Source: Isurus oxyrinchus | Lineage: Eukaryota | Reading direction: 5' to 3' | NCBI GenBank assembly: GCA_026770705.1 | Contig: JANJGN010000114.1 | Coordinates: 1,178,001-1,242,000, forward strand | Length of the DNA: 64,000 bases | Shown here: positions 52,091 through 64,000 of the stretch, in pieces | How the letters are laid out: the number at the start of each line of letters is the position of its first letter | How positions within the stretch are numbered: the first letter of the stretch is position 1 | Notes under the pieces: model-generated | Told to the model about the DNA's origin: nothing | The model's input: only the letters and a program-made list of their open reading frames with translations | The model's database searches: none | Position numbers and translations under genes: made by a program

Positions 52091-53199
52091 TTTTTATTAC
52101 AATTTTGTATCTTCTTCTTTATTTTCTGAGAAGACAGGTTATAGGTTGAACTTAAAATGAAGTAACTTAACTGACTTTCATCGCCGATAACAGTGGTTGA
52201 GGTATATTTAGAATGATACTCTGTGAAGTTCCATTGGTTGAACGACAGAAGGAGGAGATATGATTGTAGGTCATGTGTAACCCTCACTCCTCAATGTTGA
52301 TGAGATGAAAATTTGAGATGGACAAGGGAGCAGAATTTGAGCAGTTGAGAGATCTCGGATGGTGTTTCTATTTTGGAAATCTAACCCGGTATGAAATAAG
52401 GCCAGAGGAAGATAACAGAGAAAGACGTGCACAGGACAGTGAGAAGGACGAGGATACTCTTGTATTCATCATTTTTCTTCATTCTTGCTGATGCAGCCTT
52501 GCTCCACTGAGAGGAGATCTTCCCATTCACGCACACTAGCGCCTTCCTCAGACACCATCCATACAGAGAAACATCATGCACAAAGAGATCTCTCTCCACA
52601 CAGAACTACTCCCTCCCACATTCTTAAACGGAAACTTCAGCCAACAGATGTTCTTCAGCAATAACATATTCCCCAGACATACTAACTAGGAGCAACAGTA
52701 GGTCATTCTGACATTAGAGCCTGTTCTGCAATTCAATTAGATCATGACTGATATTCTTGTGGCCTCAACCCCACATTGAAGCTCCCTGCGATCAAATTCG
52801 ACTCCCTTGTTAATCAGGTGTGCTTCTATATTCATGTTAAAGCATGTGCACTGGCCCTGCTGCCACTGCTCTTTGGACCAGAGATATTCAAAGTTTCAAG
52901 ATCACCCGAGAGAAAAAATCTTCTCACCTGCGACTGAAATGTGGGGAACCTTAGTTTGTAAGCTCTGCAGTCCAGTTCCAGATGGTTCCACGAGGCGAAA
53001 TATCCGTTCAGCCGTCACCATGTCAATCTCCGTCAGGACCTTAAAAGTGTAAAAAACATCAACTGTCATTATTCTGCATGGGATCATCCACAAGCCTGAC
53101 CAAGCTTTCCACGTACGATAATTCCCGATCTGCCATCAACTCACTAACCAATTAACATATCAACGTTAATCGCCTGTTTTTATTACTATGTCGTGATTG

Positions 53200-54170
53200 C
53201 AGATAATTGACTGCAAACACACGATTTAAAAGTTTGCCAATGATACGAAGCTATGAGGTGATTAACTTGGTAAGTACCTGGAGGAGAGTATATAGAGAAT
53301 ACTGGGTACAATAAATATATGGTTATGAGGCAGAGAGGTCTGCTATATTTCCATAAATTACTGAATCTGATAGGCTATGATGATAAAGCATACAGGTTTT
53401 GTGCTTTATTAACAGGGATATGGATTTCAAGAGAAAATCAGTCATGATAAAATGTAAACATTAGTGCAGATTAAACCATAGTGACCTTGGCATTTAGTTC
53501 ACAGGTAACTGAAAGTAGCAGTTCAAGTAGACAAGATTGGAAATGATCCATATGGAATGCTCTCCTTCATTGGCAGAGGTATAGCATATAAAAGTAAGGA
53601 TAAATTGTTGGAATTGTCTGAAACTTTTGTAAGGCTTCAACTGGGGTATTGTGTGCAGTTCTGGTCATTGCATTACAGGAAGGAGAGTGCAGGGGAGGTT
53701 TCCAAGAATGTTGCCAGATTTACAGAAGTTTAGCTACGAGGAAAGATTGGATAGGTTGGGGTTATTTTGCTTCGAACAAAGAAGGCTTGAGAGGTAACTT
53801 GATTGAGGTGTACAAAATTATATTGGGAATAGCTAGCGTGGACAGGCTAAAATTGTATCACTTGATGGACAATTCTAAAACAAGGGGACATGGATTCAGA
53901 AGATATAGGGGGTGAAATGGCGAGGATGTATTTTAGACGGAAGGTAGTGGGTGTCTGGAATTCACTGTCCATATTTTTGGTAGAGGCAGAAACTTTAAAC
54001 TCTTTTTAAAAGCACCTGGATGTGCAACTAAAGTGCTGCAAACTGCAGGGATATGGGCCGGGTGAAGGAAGGTGGGATTAGAAAGGACAACTGGGTTTCC
54101 TCGGGATGGCTTGGAAAAGATGGGCCGAATGGTCTCCTTATGTTCCGTAACATTTCTATGATTCTGAGTT
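53200..54170 (+). mobile_element. CR1-type LINE 3' fragment
   Basis: ctggggtattgtgtgcagttctggtc, LRGNLIEVYKI, TRGHG, tail gatgggccgaatggtctcc. Confidence 0.8.
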
Positions 54171-54499
54171 ACGAGCTCTGTTGGATTCTTTCATGACCTA
54201 CTCAGCTCCAACAGGGAAACAAAATAAAAAAACAATTCCACCAATCTCTCCACATAACAACAGTTTCCCACCCATAAGACACACCGGGAATGGAAGATGC
54301 CATATGACTCAGCAGGCCTTCTCTGCTATTCAATATGAGTATTTTTGATCTGATTTGAGCCTGAAATCCTTGTGGCTGCCATAACCCTTCAAAATAACAC
54401 AGCTTCGCTGGGGATCTTTCTAAGTCTGACAAAACTTCAATGCCCATCAACCACTGCTCTCCATGCAAGAAACTTTCAAAGACTAACATCGTTCTGAAA

Positions 54500-56970
54500 T
54501 GAGACATTCCTGCTCATCTGCAAATTGTGTGAGACATCCCATGTATTTGAACATCGCTCCCTAGTTCTAGGACTTCATGCGAGAGGGATGCCTTCCCAAT
54601 ATCTACATTTTGAGGCCAACCACAGAATTTTGTCGATTTTTCTTCATGATGTTATTTAGTTGCCATGGTGTCTTCCTAACTACTTTCTCTGTACCTTCTG
54701 CAGGATCTTCACATCCTTCCAATGTTACTGTGACTAAAATTGTGCGCAATATGCCAACTGAATAATATCAATTAATTTACAGGTGTAATGAATGATTCAT
54801 TAGATTTCAATTTAATACCCATGTTTACCAAAACAGTACAGAGTATGTTTCATTTGCCCCAAATTCCATGCCACATTCAAGTAACCATGGACATGCACAT
54901 CATCGTAATTGTGTTCCTTTCCCCCTTCAAAGTAGTTACATTTATACTTTGATTCCACAAGACGGAATGTTTCCTATGATGCATTGCTTATCACAAAAGC
55001 ACAATAAGTTCTGCAGCCACACGTCTGACCCCTTTACCTCTTTGCCTGACTCCATCTTATTTCTGTTGCTACTATGTTCACGATTTGCTACATTATAAAG
55101 TTCTGTAACCAGTTTCTTTCTGTTCCCAAACTTATATTGATATTATATACATATGTGTAAAAAAAAGATGAATGGTGTTACACCCGATCCCTCAGCGGAA
55201 CAGACTCTCCCAACTCGGAGGAAAATTCATTTATGACTATTTTCATCCGGCCCCGTCTTGGTCAAGCAAACAAGCCAGTTAATAATGTTGTTTCATGCAA
55301 TGCACTTGGACTGACTGTGAAAATCTGCAAAGAGGTTTTTTGACAAAATTGAAAGCCCACATCTTACATATCGACAGCATGCCCTTCCTCGCAATGTCTG
55401 TTAATTCACCAAATAACTCACAGATTATTCAGACATAATTAGCCTTTAACAAATGGTCTTGGTGACATTGTTAATCGATTCTGCAAGTGAGAATTATTTT
55501 CTCCTTGATGTCTCTCCAATGTCAAAGAAGTTAGAAAGATGAGTCCGCTATGCCAAGAGTTGCCATCTCCCCCTTCACGTACAACACCTTAACATTTGCA
55601 CTAATTCCTTTCTCGAGAAGCTGTATAATTCCCAAAGATGAGTTAAACATTTTCCTTAAAGCTTCCTGACTTTATTATTGTTCCCTCGTCATTGAAATAT
55701 TTTGGCTGGTAACATAACTGTTTCTAATTAAAATGTAGATGAATCACAATCTTCCATTCATCAAACGCTTAAAAATTCACGTATTGAATATTTTGAACAT
55801 TGAACTTTTAGTATAAGTTATTTCACACGAATTATAATACATTTATATATTTATGTATATATGCATTATTCCACCGCATTCCATCGTGTGAAACAGAGAA
55901 CATTTGTGTGAATTCTTTCAGCAGAACTATATCGAAAATTTGAACATTCTTCCCTTTGCTTCTAACATATTGATTAAGCAGATTCTATTCTAAAAAATAA
56001 GGGATCTTTCACCCTCCTTGCCTTTTCTTATCATTTCCCCAGTCTGTACATGGTAATTGAAATCGGCCGATATTGTTTCCCTTTAATTTCACATGTCACT
56101 GAAGTTTGCTGATAAATGCACTCACAGATCTGTTATGTGTTATTTGATAATCAATATAACACATCGAACTACTTGACATTGCTCTTTCCGCTTATCTGAC
56201 CAAAATGATTTAGGCTACCAATGCTCTGCTATTCTGCACTCCTGTAGAGTTCTCATCTGATTCCTGAACAATATTGCCTTCAACTGCCTTTATCTCAACT
56301 ATATCCGCTCAGTGTTTATTGCAGACAAAGGCGCCTGGTCCCCTTCATTTGCCACCTATTCTGTTTTATTCTCATTATCGTCAACTCATGTAGCACCTTC
56401 TGTAGCGAACTTGTCAACCGTTTCTGGAAAATTCCTTAACTTGACAGCCAGCTATTCCATAATACCCAACATGCCTCTAATATTTTTTTCCAATGTTGTT
56501 GCTGTTCTTACGTCTCCATTCCTTGTCGTGTTACTGCTCCTTCTCTCAGTTGTTCCGTCCTGGTATCCAATCACACTCATACATGTTAGACTCTCGCCCA
56601 CAACAATATTTAAGTGCATTTTCGTAGCCATGATCTGGGGCAAGATCTACAGAGCACTAAAATTAATCTTGTCTTTTCCCTCTTGTCGAGATTATCCTCG
56701 GCATCTGAAGCTATGTTTCGTCCAGCACGTGCGGCACCACGCATTCATCTGCACTATCTTCTTGGTTCTGTATTTCCCAGCGTACAGCTCTGAGATGAAT
56801 CTACAGATAATGAACTTTGAGGCCCCGTTCTACAGTTTCTCGTTGATGAAAACTTGAAATAATGAGGTGTGTGAATTCTCTACCTATGTCATCTGTCCCA
56901 AATTGGACCGTGCCTTCCACTTGGCTCACCTTTCCAGAATTTACTGCACACATTCGGTGACATATGTTTT
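54500..56970 (-). mobile_element. Decayed CR1-type LINE, antisense, probably reaching endonuclease/ORF1 remnants
   Basis: Antisense RT-like remnants (55100-55450) and a CxKC-like remnant near 56930-56960; weak. Confidence 0.45.
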
Positions 56971-56981
56971 TCTCTGTTAGC

Positions 56982-57053
56982 GGGGTGGGGTGGGGGTGGG
57001 GGTAGGGGTGGGGGGGGGTGGGTGGGGGCGATTGGGGGGGCGGGGTGGTGGTG
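56982..57053 (+). repeat. G-rich tract with G-quadruplex potential
   Basis: More than 8 runs of 3 or more G separated by 1-4 nt. Confidence 0.75.
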
Positions 57054-57899
57054 AAATGCAAAATGCAAAATGTGTGAACTACAACTCTGACAGGAGGAAT
57101 AACATTCGACTCCACTTAATATAAAATCCCCGATTACTTCTACATTGATGCAAGTTGTCGACCCACGCTGTTCAGCCCATCCCCGAAACGGGTCTAGGAA
57201 TGGTTCCTGACTGCACTTCAACCTAGTCTCATCTCCCTGAGTGATAGACAACGCTGACCATCAATGTTAAAACGTCAAAATTGAGACAATCGAGGAAGAA
57301 GTGATTTAATAGCACATGAGATATAATTTTGGATTGTGAACAACTCTAATGATCACTATTAATGATCAGATTGTCTTAGTTGGTAGTGAGGGGGTTGAAC
57401 CTTATCACATGTTTGGTATACTGGAGGAATTTAGCAATGTAAGGAGATGAAATGAACAGGGTTAGAGTGATGAAACAAAAGCCATCAGATACGTTAAAAT
57501 CTACTTTATTCCTGACCCAAGGGCGGTGCACAGAGGACCACTCTTTATATATTAAACCATTCTCCATTCAGTACTGATACCTGGGTTGCTATTCACAAAA
57601 CAGAATTCTACCGTTTCAGGCACGCAAGAACATTCATGTTCGCAGCATGAAGGCAGCTTCCATCGTCTGGTCACGATAGTAACTGCTCCTATTTTGTCCT
57701 CAATCAGCAGAGCTTCAGCATTCCACTGTTCATTTTAAAAATGTCCATGGCTGTTTCATGTACTGGACTGCACAGCAGCCGAGAGCAGAAGTAAAGAGAA
57801 TCACCTTTAATTTTAGATGAATTTCATTTCAGATGTTTAGATTCCAGGCAGGAAGGGACATAAAATAAAGAGATGGAAGCATTTACAGTACCGGCAAGT

Positions 57900-58250
57900 T
57901 AGCTCCATTAAAAAACCATGTTTGTGCAACAAGTCAATTTGAACAGCATTACTGCGACTTATTTCAATATATATAATCGGAATCGTTATAATGATTGGAA
58001 TCTTTCCCTGTAATTTTATATTATATGAATTCTATAACAATTAACAACCACTTAAAAATGAAGCTGCTGGAAATTGTGAACAGTAAAATCAGAGATTTTC
58101 TTCTGCTCTCAGTATCTGGATAAATTTGATTCTCTACCTTGCTCTGACCTCTGAGTCACTTATGGACCCGACTGGCCACTACAAGGTATTTGACTGTGAG
58201 AGCGTTCAGGAAGAGAATTAAAGTGAAGAAAGAGGATGGAATCAGGCAAA
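57900..58250 (-). pseudogene. Partial duplicate of the GPCR TM5-TM7 region
   Basis: 57960-58235 aligns closely with 59020-59280 (shared tatggacccgactggccacta, atcggaatcgttataatgatt, caggaagagaattaaag). Confidence 0.85.
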
Positions 58251-58879
58251 TCTATATGAGGAGCCAATAAACTTAGGCACAAGTTCATTCGACACTTAAG
58301 ACAAGCCAGGCCTAGCTGCTTCAATTTGATTACCATCTCCATGCAGACGTTCGAAATCTACTCCAATCCGGTCAGTCCCTCTCAGAGAGGGGGTCAGAGA
58401 GAGACTGGTTTGGGGTGAGGTGGAGATGGTGGAATGGGGTGGGGGGAGAGAGAGAGAAATAGAGAGATGGCCATTGCTGGACGGGGACAGGAATGGATAT
58501 AATTTGTTGCCAAGGGATTTAAAGCGATTCTCCTAAAGCCCCTCTCGGAATAAAGAAAACAAATGCAATTATGGAAACAACATTGTATGCATCAGAAGTG
58601 TTTTGATTGCTGAAGTGTTTTTATAAATCGAATCTGTTTCTGAACAGGTTGGAACTGAAAAATGGAACTGGTACACGGGGATGATTGCCTGTGGCTGTTC
58701 TTCCCTCTCTTGACTGCAGTGGCCTGCCTGTCCAACTGTCCGCTTTACGTCTGTCCTCCAGCCTTCGCCTTATTTCATAATGGTGCAGTACTCCTTGTCT
58801 TGACACTACTGAGAATCTCTGGAGAAGTATTCCATTGCTGCTTGTTAATCACCCAGGCAACACCCAGAGCTTTAGTCAG

Positions 58880-61800
58880 TTCCTTTATTTGCGAATTAAT
58901 TGCGAATGAAACAGAATATTTCACCGCCCTCTTGAGCTGAGCTCTGAACTTGGACTGTGTAGCCCAAAAAAAAATATGTTTGTGCAAGAAGTCAGATTGA
59001 GCAGCATTATTGTGATTATTTCAATATATAATCGGAATCGTTATAATGATTGAAATCTTTCCCTGTAACGTTGTATTATATAAATTCTAGAACAATTAAC
59101 AACCGCTTAAGACTGAAGCTGCGGGAAATTGTGCACAGTAAAATCATAGATTTCCTTCTGCTTTCAATCTCTGGGTAAATTTGATTCTCTAACTTGCTCT
59201 GACCTCTCAGTTGCTTATGGACCCGACTGGCCACTATAATGTATTTGACTGTCAGAGCGCTCAGGAAGAGAATTAAAGCAAAGAGGAGCAATCGATTTAA
59301 ACACGTGTCAAACAAGTAAACCCCCATCATCGGACTTTCCCTTTAGAAACTGACTTAAGTTTGCAGAAACAAGGTACATTTTCAAGTATGTTTCCAAGAT
59401 CTATTGCCAAGTAAAAGGTGATGTTTTTCAGCGAGAGCAAATTGCAAGTTATTGAAAGAACCACAGCTGCAGTTTTCTCATTGCAATGCCTTCCTGTCAA
59501 ACACCGGCAGCAAATAACCTCAAATCGGTCAAAAGTGAAAGTGACAATGAACCAGGCAGAACAATCTGTGTCTGCACGCTTCAGGGGAAAGTTAACATTA
59601 CACACAGGAATGATCTTCAGAAAGAAACTTGGAAATAATATTTATTCATCTGATGAAGTATGACCTCAGTGATAAGCATATCTGCCATTGCCATGGCCAC
59701 CGGATAGTGTGTGGTGAATTAGGAGATTCCACATTTTCCCAGGGATAGGATCGCAATCACTTGGAAGTTAACTGTAATTGAAGGAAGGAAAGATAGACTA
59801 TAAATTAAAGATCGAACATACTCTTCGTGCACGCTAGAGAGTAATGCCAATATTTCAGCACCAGAAACGGATGTGTGCAGTGCGAATCAGAAGTCGAAAT
59901 CTTAACATTACAAACTCGATTCTAGACATTCAACAAACATCACATCCCCTGGGATATTTTGGTGCGAACAGGACTCGGGCAAACAACTGGTCTCAGAATA
60001 AGTCTTGCAAATTTCACCACAAAATGATATGGGGAGCCTCTGTTTTCATCTGTTTTGCAGGTGTACGTTAACCATCCTAGTTTCAGTATCACAGCCCACG
60101 CCCCATGCAAAGATACGCAAGTTTGGCAATCTGACTGTGACGCACACCCAGCAAGCACCCACGACTGGGCCCCCCACCCATGTTTGCCAAGTGTTGGAAT
60201 TTCCCAGGAGTGCATCCTCGATGGTATCAGACCGCTCTCCCCCATTGTTAAACTCCCCTGATTGAGCTACTCCATCACAAGACTCTTACCATTCCCAGCT
60301 TAGGATAATTCCCACTCTCCACCGAACGCCAGTTCATAAAATCCCATGGTGCACACAATCCCCAGGATCTGATCTTTACTGGAAGCAGACCCATTCCAGT
60401 TTGAAAAATTTCCAACGTTAATTCTTGTGAAAAGACCACTTTGTAATGAAAATAAGTGTGGTAAACAGCTACCAGAAAAGAGATAATACAAACTCGAATT
60501 ATGCCTCAAAATGGAGGATATATGTGCCATAGAACTGCGGCCATTCTGGAGGAAATTTGGATCATTCGTTATTCCAACTTTACTCAGCCGCCCCCGCCAC
60601 CACCCCACCAACCCCCCCCCCCCCCCCCCCCCACCCCACCTGCCCCACCACCAGCACCCGCTCACACATTATTCCTTTACTTTGATCATTGCATGGAAAC
60701 CTTGTCCTTCTTTGAGGCCTGGGAGCATTTAACTGGCTCATCACCTCCAATCGTAAATAATACAAAAATTGGGAATTTTGCTGGTAATTTGGCAAAAAGG
60801 ACCCTCTAAACACCAACCCCACCCTCCCGTGTCCAGTCTACCAATTGAACCTTTACCAACTCCAGACTACCCAGGAACAGGCCTTCTCTGGGATTCCCAC
60901 TACCACTAATTGAAACATTCCTGAGATAAGATTATCCCCAAGATTGTACATTCCCCACAGCCACCCATCCCCCACGAGGAGAAAACTCGACTCATTTGAA
61001 AGATCTTCTTAGTCAATGAGTCCGGGCATTGACGCTCCCCTGGTCTGGATCAATCTGTTGCACCTTCAGAAGGATCGGCGCTGGGTCCACTGTCGTTAAA
61101 CATTTACACAAGCAACATGGAGTCAGGAATCCAAAAGGCAATTTTAAAATTAACAGAAAATCCAGCCCCATTGTAAAAACAAGTTTGCTAAATCAACAGC
61201 AAAAATGAATATCAATGTGTCTAAGTGACAATGAGGTTCAGGTGTACAGATTCACATATAATTTAAAACAGCAATGGAGGTGAAAAAGACAATAGCATGA
61301 TACACAATTATTGGGGTTCCCCTCGATATGAATGTGATAGTAAATAGAGAAAAAAATGATATTAAATAACTTAGAATCTTCATTATATTACTTTGATCTT
61401 ACTGTTTACCGTGCCTCCTCCAGATTGGAATGAAAACATTTTCATTAACTGAAGACGCTACAGTTTTTGAGTTGGTGACTTTAGATGTCAGAATATTTCA
61501 CATTTCGCCTCATCATTAACAGTTTTCTGAAGTTATTATTTACTAACCGGGTCTGATATCTGCACTTCAAAATTTTGACATGTTTGTTCCTCAGTTACAA
61601 GTGCATTTGCCCACAGGGAGAATCCTCACTATGAAAGAAGGAAAATTGCACAGGTGAAATGCGTAAACACTCCGAAACATGGAGAAGAGCAGATATTGAA
61701 AAGCCTAATCATGTCCTCAAATTCAAGAACTACTAAACCCATTGGACAATTAATCCTGAGTAATAAACACATATCAATAGATTACTTTCAGTTACTGTTC

Positions 61801-62690
61801 GGAGTAGCAATACACTCAGATGACATTATAACTATAATTCTGAGTTTTAATACTTAAATGGTGCTTTTACGTATTTTAAATGTAAAAAACTATTTGGTAT
61901 ATATTTCAGTTGAAAGAATTAATTACTAAAAGTGACAAATCGAGATACCACCTTCTACATTTGCTCTCAAACATCTTCTACCAACAGCAAGATTCTTGCT
62001 GTCTTCAAGCCATTCCATTAGTAAAACGCAAGAGAGAAACATGAATATAGAAATCACTCACTAAACAATAACATGATGTATACTTTTAACCAATGTATTT
62101 CATTTCTGATTGCGTCATCCAAGCAGTACAATGCTCTGAAGGTATGTACTCCGAGTAATAAATGGTGGCTAGGATCAGATTTTCACTTTGGTTAGTTACA
62201 CATGCTCAATGAAATTCTACAGTGCACGATAGTCCAAGCAATTCATTAACATTGACGTCAGATATTCAATTCCATTTGGTGTCACACACTCGTTGTGATT
62301 TTGCTTTGGTGCTCCCTAATGATTCTCCTCAGAGAGTTGCCTGCGTTGAGGTATAAATCAAGATTAGAGAGTGTTTCACTTGATCAGAAAGAAACAAACA
62401 ACCTAGAGAACTCGTGAGCTCGTAAAAAGAGTTTTATGATCAGTTGACGGAAATGATAGAAAAACAGAGATAATTCAAGCTATTTGGCTATAGCAAATGC
62501 TACCACTTATCGACTTTCTGTTTTTTGGCGATCAAGACAGAGCCTGTAACAGGACCAATCACAGTGTAAGACGAAGATCCAATTCACATACAGACCTACA
62601 AAAATAAATGTATCGTCACTTACCAGGAATACCAATGAAAGCAATAATCACGTAGAATAATTTTTAAATAATTTTGAATTGTTTCAAGCT
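58880..62690 (-). pseudogene. Two-exon GPR139/GPR142-like class A GPCR pseudogene of the type expanded in cartilaginous fish
   Basis: Exon 1 ..LFYVIIAFIGIP|gtaagt ends at 62624. Exon 2 starts at 59771 (caattacag|): VNFQVIAILSLGKCGIS*FTTHYPVAMAMAD, then DCSAWFIVTFTFDRF..IC, ALTVKYIIVASRV..ESRRKSMILLCTIS, ATQSKFRAQLK. In-frame stops (e.g. 59719-59721) and frameshifts. Confidence 0.88.
60588..60660 (-). repeat. C-rich tract (G4 potential on the minus strand) in the GPCR intron
   Basis: About 21-nt poly-C plus ccac repeats. Confidence 0.7.
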
Positions 62691-64000
62691 TTTTTTTCGT
62701 GAACCAATCTCTCTCTTTGTTCTGCCGACAATCTCTCTGCATAAAAATCAGACCTGATACATCCTCAAGGTCATTATTTATGCTCTGTAAAACCTCCAGA
62801 TGTGGATTGATATTTGAACATCGTTCGGGGTTGTAAGGTTTGTTTCTGAGAAAGTCCTGGAATTGTTCAAAAACTGGAAGATTCTGATTACATGAATTAA
62901 CTAATATTATCCAGAAGCTGGGTTTTCAAGCATTGTGGTTGTTTTCGCAAAAGCAATCAGTAACATATCTCGATTTTACTTTGCTTAACTGATGTCCTTC
63001 ACTCGATGGTGACCATTAAGCAATTCAATTCCAAATCATTTAGTGGCTCTCTCAGGGCTGTTCTATAGCAGTGTGGGACTTAAGTGCTGAGGCTAACTCT
63101 GGTAATTCCGTTATATTTTTATAGTGAGATGTATGTGAGTTCACAATGCGGAAGGCAGTTAATAAAGCACCTGACACTCATTGAAAGCCAGCAGCAAATG
63201 CAAGCTGCAACACAACCGCAACAGTGGCAACAAATTCAACGAATTAAAACCAATGTAAGCGTCAAAATATCCGTCATTCACAAAGGACACAGCCCTTCCA
63301 ATGGATACAGGCTCTCCATTAAATGACCTCCAGCCTGAAAAACTCCTCATCGGATGACAATCCCCTTAAATAACACAATGTTTCAAACTGATTAAAAAAC
63401 TCAAAAGCGCAAGTCCCATGTAAAGAATGAGTAACCTCAGGCACATTCAGCCTATCACACTATTGAAGCAACTCAACTAATCCAGCACGTCAAGCGAATA
63501 AAGCACTTCAATCAAATATGGTGTCTAAAAATACCCCTCAAACTGACAAAGTATACAGTATTTAATGACCCATTATGTCTGTTGCCTCATGCCGGACGAA
63601 AAAGATCGATTACCCATTTTCCCGCATTCCAGTTCTTTGCCTGGAGTTCTTAAACCAATCGCACAGCAAACATTTATATCCAGACGATGGTGGGAATCGC
63701 AAAACCTCTGCTTAAACTGTTGGTGCAGAAACCCACCTCATATTTCGAAAAAATAAGCAAATAACACTTCGATTAATGCTGGATGTTGTGTAACTCACAC
63801 TGCCAGAGACCGTGATTTTGAAGGTGAGATTAAACAGGATAAGCGTTTTAAGGGCTTAGGTTCTCCTTAAGTGCCATATCGCTTGCTATGCTGCTATGTT
63901 TCAAATCAATTTCCCATTCATGCAAATTGAAAAGTGGAGCTATTTTTGAAAATAAAAGCAATGTTAGGATGTATTTTGTGAATGTTCCCACCACGTTCGC

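Noticed and set aside
56312-56857. 181-aa hydrophobic ORF that looks like a membrane protein
   Set aside because: Non-ATG start, no splice or domain support; it is the T-rich antisense strand of an apparent decayed LINE.
59840-61130. Possible LTR-retroelement remnant in the GPCR intron
   Set aside because: No RT, integrase, LTR pair or primer-binding-site motif could be identified by eye.

Overview
Vertebrate nuclear DNA, very probably from a shark or other cartilaginous fish. This is inferred from the repeat families and gene families present; no database was consulted. The main content is one multi-exon minus-strand gene (ATG 43556 to about 14222) for a type I membrane SRCR group-B receptor of the CD163/WC1/SCART family. 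It has a signal exon, a 33-nt micro-exon, 7 SRCR exons, stalk, TM and tyrosine-motif tail exons, all joined in phase 1 with GT-AG sites. SRCR exon 5 is 314 nt and frameshifted. Upstream is a two-exon GPR139-like class A GPCR pseudogene with a partial tandem duplicate. The rest is mostly retroelement debris: two Penelope-like elements (RT + GIY-YIG) whose terminal repeats contain minimal hammerhead-ribozyme motifs, and many CR1/L2-type LINE fragments. One CR1 fragment seeded a 37-bp minisatellite. Another (about 9.9-11.3 kb) shows a strong sense-strand A-to-G excess suggestive of ADAR hyper-editing before insertion. Most ORFs in the supplied track are spurious.
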